A program made the position numbers and the translations under genes. A stretch of DNA of 64,000 nucleotides from Candidatus Latescibacterota bacterium (GTDB lineage: Bacteria > Latescibacterota > UBA2968 > UBA8231). The stretch lies in assembly GCA_965219385.1 (NCBI GenBank), contig CBDCNM010000002.1, positions 2,412,936 to 2,476,935 of the forward strand, in the 5' to 3' direction. Under the pieces are notes generated by a model that ran no database searches, was not told the origin of the DNA, and saw nothing but the letters and a program-made list of their open reading frames with translations. Below are positions 58,900-64,000 of this stretch, one piece after another; positions within the stretch are counted from its first letter, which is position 1, and every line of letters starts with the position of its first letter.

Positions 58900-60011
58900 T
58901 GACTGAAAAGATAGTTTTTTCCAGCGCCTTTTTTTGAGGTGGGGTGAGCCGGTCTTGGTTTTTGGTCAGCCTCTGGCGTAATCCCCCGATGAGGTAGCCG
59001 ACTTTACCCTCCAGGAGGGCAGCTTTTCTTCGATCCACTTGATTCGTTCAGGTCCTTTTGCGCCCTAGCGCGCTGTGCCCACATCCCACAGGTATGCACT
59101 GGCATGGATAATATCCAGGATCAGCGCGTCGAGTCGATCCTCCATGCCGTGGACTTTCAGGGCTTTGAGCAACCGATCCTCCAGACAGCAGCCCGATCAA
59201 TAGTTTTTGGCCTTGGCAATCTCGCTTCCGGACGTGCTCAAGCATAGGGTCGAAGGCGGCTTTTTGGCCGCGTTCACTTTTCAGGATACGAACACCCTTA
59301 CAATCGGCGCTTAGGGCGATATGACTGCCTTCTTCTTGTGGGGGAGGCGCTTCAACCTGCTCATAGAAAGGGCTCGACATACTCGGCCATGGGTAGGCCC
59401 TGGCGCTGAGGCAGGTCCGGGAAGAAGGAAAAATCGAAGCTCTCGTTGAACCGGTTGACTGCGTTGCGAAAATCTTGTTCTGCGCTGGAAGCTTGCAGCC
59501 ACTTCAAAAAGTAAGTAGGAGTATTTAGGTGCTGGCAGATTCAGCTGCGCATCAATAGGATATAGCCAGCCACCGGCAGGATGGGCATACGCCGCACGAG
59601 CGATCGTGATCGGTCCAAAGCTGGACCCATAGGGACAAGCCAGCGTCTCCTTATACGCCATGGGCCCTCCGTTTTCTGAAAGCGGGGGATGGCCCTTTTC
59701 ATAGCCTGTGCCAGATAGCGCAACGAAGGCCTCCAAAAAACCGCGACCCAATCGCCGCATGCGGCGAAACAGATGCTGCTCGACCACGTGGAGTTCTTCT
59801 TGCCCAATCGCCCCTTCAACATACGCCTTGATTTCACAAACGGTCTCGTCCAGGCTTTCAAACAGGGCTTCTTTTTCGTACATTGTGCTCACGGTAGGAC
59901 TCCTTTTTTGAGGTAAACATGAGAGGGTCGTCTCAATGTTTGCCAATATAGGAGTCCTACCGCTTAATGCAAATCCTACATCTACCGTTTTTACAAGCAG
60001 TTGTTACCCTC
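58900..60011 (-). mobile_element. Degenerate ISKra4-like insertion sequence (frameshifted, internally deleted transposase)
   Basis: YGSSFGPITIAR..Y, PIDAQLNLPAPKYSYLL, SADCKGV and LLEGKVGYLIGGLRQ fall in different frames; boundaries approximate. Confidence 0.75.
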
Positions 60012-60031
60012 GGAGTTTCCTACACACTCAA

Positions 60032-61510
60032 ATGAATTACCTGATCGAACCAGAGAAAAAACTACCCCTGGTGCACGATGTAGATGTGGCCGTAGCCGGC
60101 GGTGGTGCCGCCGGTTTTGCCGCCGCCGTGGCCGCTGCCCGCGGTGGTGCCCGCGTCGTTCTCATCGAAAAGTTCGGCACCCTGGGCGGCTGCATGAGCA
60201 CGGGCGGCTGGAATGCCGGCGCCCTTTATCTGGCCGCTTTTGATCCCGAAAAATTCCCGGTCGAAAAATCCCAGGGTTACCTGAGATCCCAGGAGGAGGT
60301 TCCCTGGGACTACGTGCGCACCCGGGGCATTGCCGGGGAGTGGATGGCCCGGCTCATCGACCTCGACCAAGTCTTTGGCCCCAACCGCAATCTGGCGGAC
60401 CGGGCCATGCGGGTCGGCTCACTCTGCGCCGACATGGTCGCAGAGGCCGGAGTGGAGTTGATGTTGGATACCTACGTGGCCGGCCCCATCCTAAAAGACG
60501 AGTACATCGCGTGCGGCCTGTACGTCGAGAACGTCTCGGGGCGCCAGGCCGTGCGCGCCCGAATCGTCATTGATGCCACCGCCAATGCCGCTGTGGCCGA
60601 ACGCACCGGTGCCCCGCTGATGGGGTGCAACTGGCAGCCCAGCATGAATATCACCTTTGGCATCGGCGATGTTGACGGGCACAAATTCGCCGAATTTGTC
60701 GCCAGTCGCCCGCAGGTGCCCCCTGAGTTCAACCAGTGGATCGACGAAGTCCTGATCCCAGATGTGGGCTACGCCAGCAGCCGCCTCGGGGCCCACATCA
60801 ACCGCCTGCGTCCCGTAGCTGACCTGGTGCGCCGCGCCTGGGAAGAGGACGGCTACCAAGCCGTGGGTTGGATCGGCGACGTGGCCCGAATCGCGGCGGT
60901 ATTTCCCTGGAACAGCAAGGGACCGTTCAACAACATGCAGTGGGAACGGGCCGATATCGACGGCAAACTCGATACCCTCGACGCCGAGCATATCACCATG
61001 CTCGAGCGCGACGCCCGCAGCTACATGATCGAGACCGTCAAGTTTTACCGCCGCTACCTGCCCGGATTCGAAAACGCCTACCTGCTCTACCTGTCCCCCT
61101 ACATCGGCACCCGCGGGGGCCGTGCCATCGAAAGCGAGTACGTGGTCACCGAAGAGGATTTCGCCCAGGCCCGTCGCTTTGACGATGTGATCTACCAGTG
61201 GCGCGATGAGCGCTACCCCACCAGAGAATTCGTGGACATCCCCTACCGCCTGCTCCTGCCCCGGAGGGTGGAGAACCTGCTGGCCGCCGGCGTGGCCGCC
61301 CACCGCAAGCCCCCCAATATCCGGGGCCGCGAAAGCGTCATGATGATGGGGCAGGCCGCCGGCACGGCCGCGGCCCTGTGCGCCCGGCAGAACCTCTACC
61401 CGCGCCAGCTCGACGTCCGCCAGTTGCAACAGGCCCTGGTGGATGCCGGGATAAACCTGGGTCCCAAAGAACGGGTCGATACCCTTCTGAATAGCAAAGG
61501 AGAACAGTGA
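60032..61510 (+). CDS. FAD-dependent oxidoreductase (FAD_oxidored family)
   Basis: VAGGGAAGFAAA, IDATAN, DIPYRLLLP and MGQAAG motifs. Confidence 0.88.
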   Translation: MNYLIEPEKKLPLVHDVDVAVAGGGAAGFAAAVAAARGGARVVLIEKFGTLGGCMSTGGWNAGALYLAAFDPEKFPVEKSQGYLRSQEEVPWDYVRTRGIAGEWMARLIDLDQVFGPNRNLADRAMRVGSLCADMVAEAGVELMLDTYVAGPILKDEYIACGLYVENVSGRQAVRARIVIDATANAAVAERTGAPLMGCNWQPSMNITFGIGDVDGHKFAEFVASRPQVPPEFNQWIDEVLIPDVGYASSRLGAHINRLRPVADLVRRAWEEDGYQAVGWIGDVARIAAVFPWNSKGPFNNMQWERADIDGKLDTLDAEHITMLERDARSYMIETVKFYRRYLPGFENAYLLYLSPYIGTRGGRAIESEYVVTEEDFAQARRFDDVIYQWRDERYPTREFVDIPYRLLLPRRVENLLAAGVAAHRKPPNIRGRESVMMMGQAAGTAAALCARQNLYPRQLDVRQLQQALVDAGINLGPKERVDTLLNSKGEQ

Positions 61511-61511
61511 A

Positions 61512-62636
61512 ATGTCCGACTGCGCCATCGGCAACACCGTCATGGTCCACAAAGACGACTTCGCCTACATCTCGCACCCCTCCATCACCGTTCTGGACAA
61601 CGGCGAATGGATCGCCGCCTTCAACCACTCCCGCCGCCGCGATCCCAGGATGCACCCCCCGGGCGATCCCCTTTTCCGTACCCTCCTCGCGCGTAGCGCG
61701 GACCAGGGGGTTACCTGGGAAACCCCCTGCTTTGCCCCCGACTTCGACTGGTCCGGCACGGAGTGTCCGGGCATTGCCCGGTTGCGCAACGGCATTGTGG
61801 TACTCACCCAGTTCCGCTTTGGCTGGTATCCTATGGCCCTGGCCCAAAAACGGCGCGCAGCCGGCGAAAACATCACCATCTGCCTGCCCGGCAAGGGCTG
61901 GACCGAGGACTTCACCGATGCCGACTGGTCCCGCTCTCTCCACACTTGGGCGCGCGGTTACCACGGGCTCTACGTCCACCTGAGCGACGACGGAGGGCAC
62001 TCTTTCGATTCTACCATAAAAATAGGCACCGGCCCCTACCGCGACGGCTACACCCGCACCGGCGTGATCGAACAGGCAGACGGCCGCCTGGCCTACGCCG
62101 TCACCGAGCACCACCCGCCGACCAGCCAGAACACCTACATCCTCTTCTCCTCCACCGGGGGCCGCACCTGGGAGGCCCCCGTGTCCGTGTGCGCGGTCCC
62201 GGATGGCATTTTCGGCGAACCCGATATCGCCGAAGTCGCCCCCGGCGAACTCTTCTGCATACTGCGGGAAAGCATGCACAGCGGCTACCTCCACAGCTGT
62301 CGCTCGCTCGACAACGGGCAGACCTGGAGCCCGCCCGAGCAAACCCCGCTCTACGGCTGCCCCGGCCAGCTCCTCGTCCTGGCGGACGGCCGCCTTCTGT
62401 GCACCTACGGACGGCGCCGGGCCCCCTTCGGCATTCGCGCCTGCCTCTCCGAGGACCGGGGCCGCACCTGGGAGATCGATCGGGAAATCATCCTCCGCGA
62501 CGATATGCCCAACGGGGACCTGGGCTATCCGACCACCATCGAGTACCAGCCCGGCCGCCTCTTCTGCTGTTACTACGGCCAGGAAAGCGACGGCATCACC
62601 TGTGTCCAGGGTACCTACTTAACCTTGCAACCGTAA
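61512..62636 (+). CDS. BNR/Asp-box repeat (sialidase-like) protein
   Basis: Five SxDxGxTW-type boxes; DLGYP. Confidence 0.85.
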   Translation: MSDCAIGNTVMVHKDDFAYISHPSITVLDNGEWIAAFNHSRRRDPRMHPPGDPLFRTLLARSADQGVTWETPCFAPDFDWSGTECPGIARLRNGIVVLTQFRFGWYPMALAQKRRAAGENITICLPGKGWTEDFTDADWSRSLHTWARGYHGLYVHLSDDGGHSFDSTIKIGTGPYRDGYTRTGVIEQADGRLAYAVTEHHPPTSQNTYILFSSTGGRTWEAPVSVCAVPDGIFGEPDIAEVAPGELFCILRESMHSGYLHSCRSLDNGQTWSPPEQTPLYGCPGQLLVLADGRLLCTYGRRRAPFGIRACLSEDRGRTWEIDREIILRDDMPNGDLGYPTTIEYQPGRLFCCYYGQESDGITCVQGTYLTLQP

Positions 62637-62641
62637 ACCCT

Positions 62642-62860
62642 ATGTCGACCTTACCAGAGCCCGTGCACCCCCCATCCGAATTCGACCTAGACGCTGGTCT
62701 GCGCCGGCTGGACTACCAGGCCTTTCGCCTCGGGCAGCGCGAGGCCATCCGAATCCTGCTCGAAGTGGGCCGCCTCTTGCTGGTCGCCCCGACCGGTGGC
62801 GGCAAGAGCCTGACCTACCAGGTTCCCGCCGAGCTGCTCGCGGTCCCGGCCCGCACTTGA
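62642..62860 (+). pseudogene. RecQ-type helicase N-terminal fragment
   Basis: Q-motif FRLGQREAI and Walker A PTGGGKSLTYQVPA, then a stop after 72 aa. Confidence 0.75.
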
Positions 62861-62874
62861 AAAGGAGGAAGACC

Positions 62875-63882
62875 TTGAACGACGCGCACAAACTCTACCA
62901 GGAAGCCATTGTCATAGACGGCCTGAACGTGAGCAACTGGGACAGCCCGGCGGTGTACCAGAGCCTGAGCGCCGGCGGCGTCACCGCCCTCAACGCCACC
63001 AATGCCACCTGGGAGAACTACCAGGAAACCCTGGCCAATATACAGGCCTGGCTCTACCGTTTCGAGGAGCGCGGAGATACTCTGACGAAAATAGAGACTG
63101 TGCAGGACATCCTGCAGGCCAAGGAGGACGGCAAGGTGGGGATCATCCTGGGCTTCCAGAACGCCACCCCCATAGAAAACGACCTGGGGCACCTGGCCGT
63201 CTTCCACGCCCTGGGGGTGCGCATCATCCAGCTTACCTTCCACGAGCGCAATCTGCTGGGGGATGGGTGCTGGGAACGCGCCAACGCCGGCCTGAGCAAC
63301 TTCGGCCGCGACGCGGTGCGCGAGATGAACCGTCTGGGCATCCTGATCGATCTGTCCCACGTGGGCGAGCGTTCCACTCTGGAGGCCATAGAACACTCGG
63401 AAAAACCCGTGGCCGTCACCCACGCCAACTGCCGTTCCTACCACGATAATCCGCGCAACAAGACCGACGAGGCCGTGAAGCTGCTGGCGCAAAGAGGCGG
63501 CGTGGTCGGCGCCACGGCCATCGGCTCTTTCCTGCGCACCCAGTTCGACTCCAAACTGGAGGACTATATCGACGCCATAGACGATATGGTGGAGCGGATC
63601 GGCATCGAACACGTGGCCTTCGGCACCGACTTCACCCAGGACCAACCCACATCCTTCTGGCGTTACATCGGCTCGCAGCAGGGCACCAAGTACCCGTCTA
63701 CCTTTGCCAGGCAGGACATACGCTACGACCTGATCACCCTCTATCCCAAAGATCTCGAAACCCCCGACAAGTTGCCCAACCTGGCCCTCGCCCTAGACAA
63801 GCGCGGTTACAAACCAGAAGACATCGGCAAAATTCTGGGCGACAACTGGCTCCGCCTCTTCCGCGAAGTCTGGGCGGAATGA
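62875..63882 (+). CDS. Membrane/renal dipeptidase family (M19)
   Basis: LGVRIIQLT, IDLSH, THAN, RNKTD, GTDF and LGDNWLR motifs; TTG start after AGGAGG. Confidence 0.9.
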   Translation: MNDAHKLYQEAIVIDGLNVSNWDSPAVYQSLSAGGVTALNATNATWENYQETLANIQAWLYRFEERGDTLTKIETVQDILQAKEDGKVGIILGFQNATPIENDLGHLAVFHALGVRIIQLTFHERNLLGDGCWERANAGLSNFGRDAVREMNRLGILIDLSHVGERSTLEAIEHSEKPVAVTHANCRSYHDNPRNKTDEAVKLLAQRGGVVGATAIGSFLRTQFDSKLEDYIDAIDDMVERIGIEHVAFGTDFTQDQPTSFWRYIGSQQGTKYPSTFARQDIRYDLITLYPKDLETPDKLPNLALALDKRGYKPEDIGKILGDNWLRLFREVWAE

Positions 63883-64000
63883 TCCAGCCCACCCACAATA
63901 CCAGGAATTCGGAGTTCGACCTGAAGACCGGTTTTGGGGCCAAATCCACCATCAAGGCATGGTTCCAAGGTTATTATACTCGGCCTTCCTTCTGCAAAAT

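Noticed and set aside
63879..64000. ORF starting at an ATGA overlap and running off the window
   Set aside because: Only 40 codons visible and no recognisable motif.

Overview
GC-rich bacterial chromosome window, probably from a diderm uncultured lineage such as Latescibacterota/Handelsmanbacteria or a relative. That is an inference from the UBact-type proteasome operon, PorV-like proteins and several PhyH, Gfo/Idh/MocA and sugar-epimerase genes. Bases 1-20.5 kb form a decaying accessory/defence-like island: TA modules (VapBC, MNT-HEPN), an AAA/DUF4143 ATPase, an IrrE/ImmA-like protein beside a low-GC PD-(D/E)XK nuclease-like gene, nested diverged duplications, an intact IS5 (IS1031-group) element inside an IS200/605-like miniature element, and remnants of a group II intron, an IS91-like transposase and ddpX. 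The island also carries an Ntn acylase, MltF, an ABC exporter pair and two PorV-like genes. Bases 20.5-25.9 kb hold a DUF2089/SHOCT-like/DUF4097 envelope-stress-type operon with a large Zn metalloprotease, followed by tRNA-Glu(CTC). Bases 26-64 kb are mostly housekeeping and catabolic genes (L,D-transpeptidase cluster, SPFH, M16 peptidase, gatB, GH32, lepB, oxidoreductases). The highlight is a complete ubiquitin-like UBact/proteasome operon (arc-dop-ubact-prcB-prcA-pafA, 42.7-49.3 kb) downstream of lepB, with a 176-bp MITE in the upstream region. All calls come from reading motifs by eye; no database searches were run.
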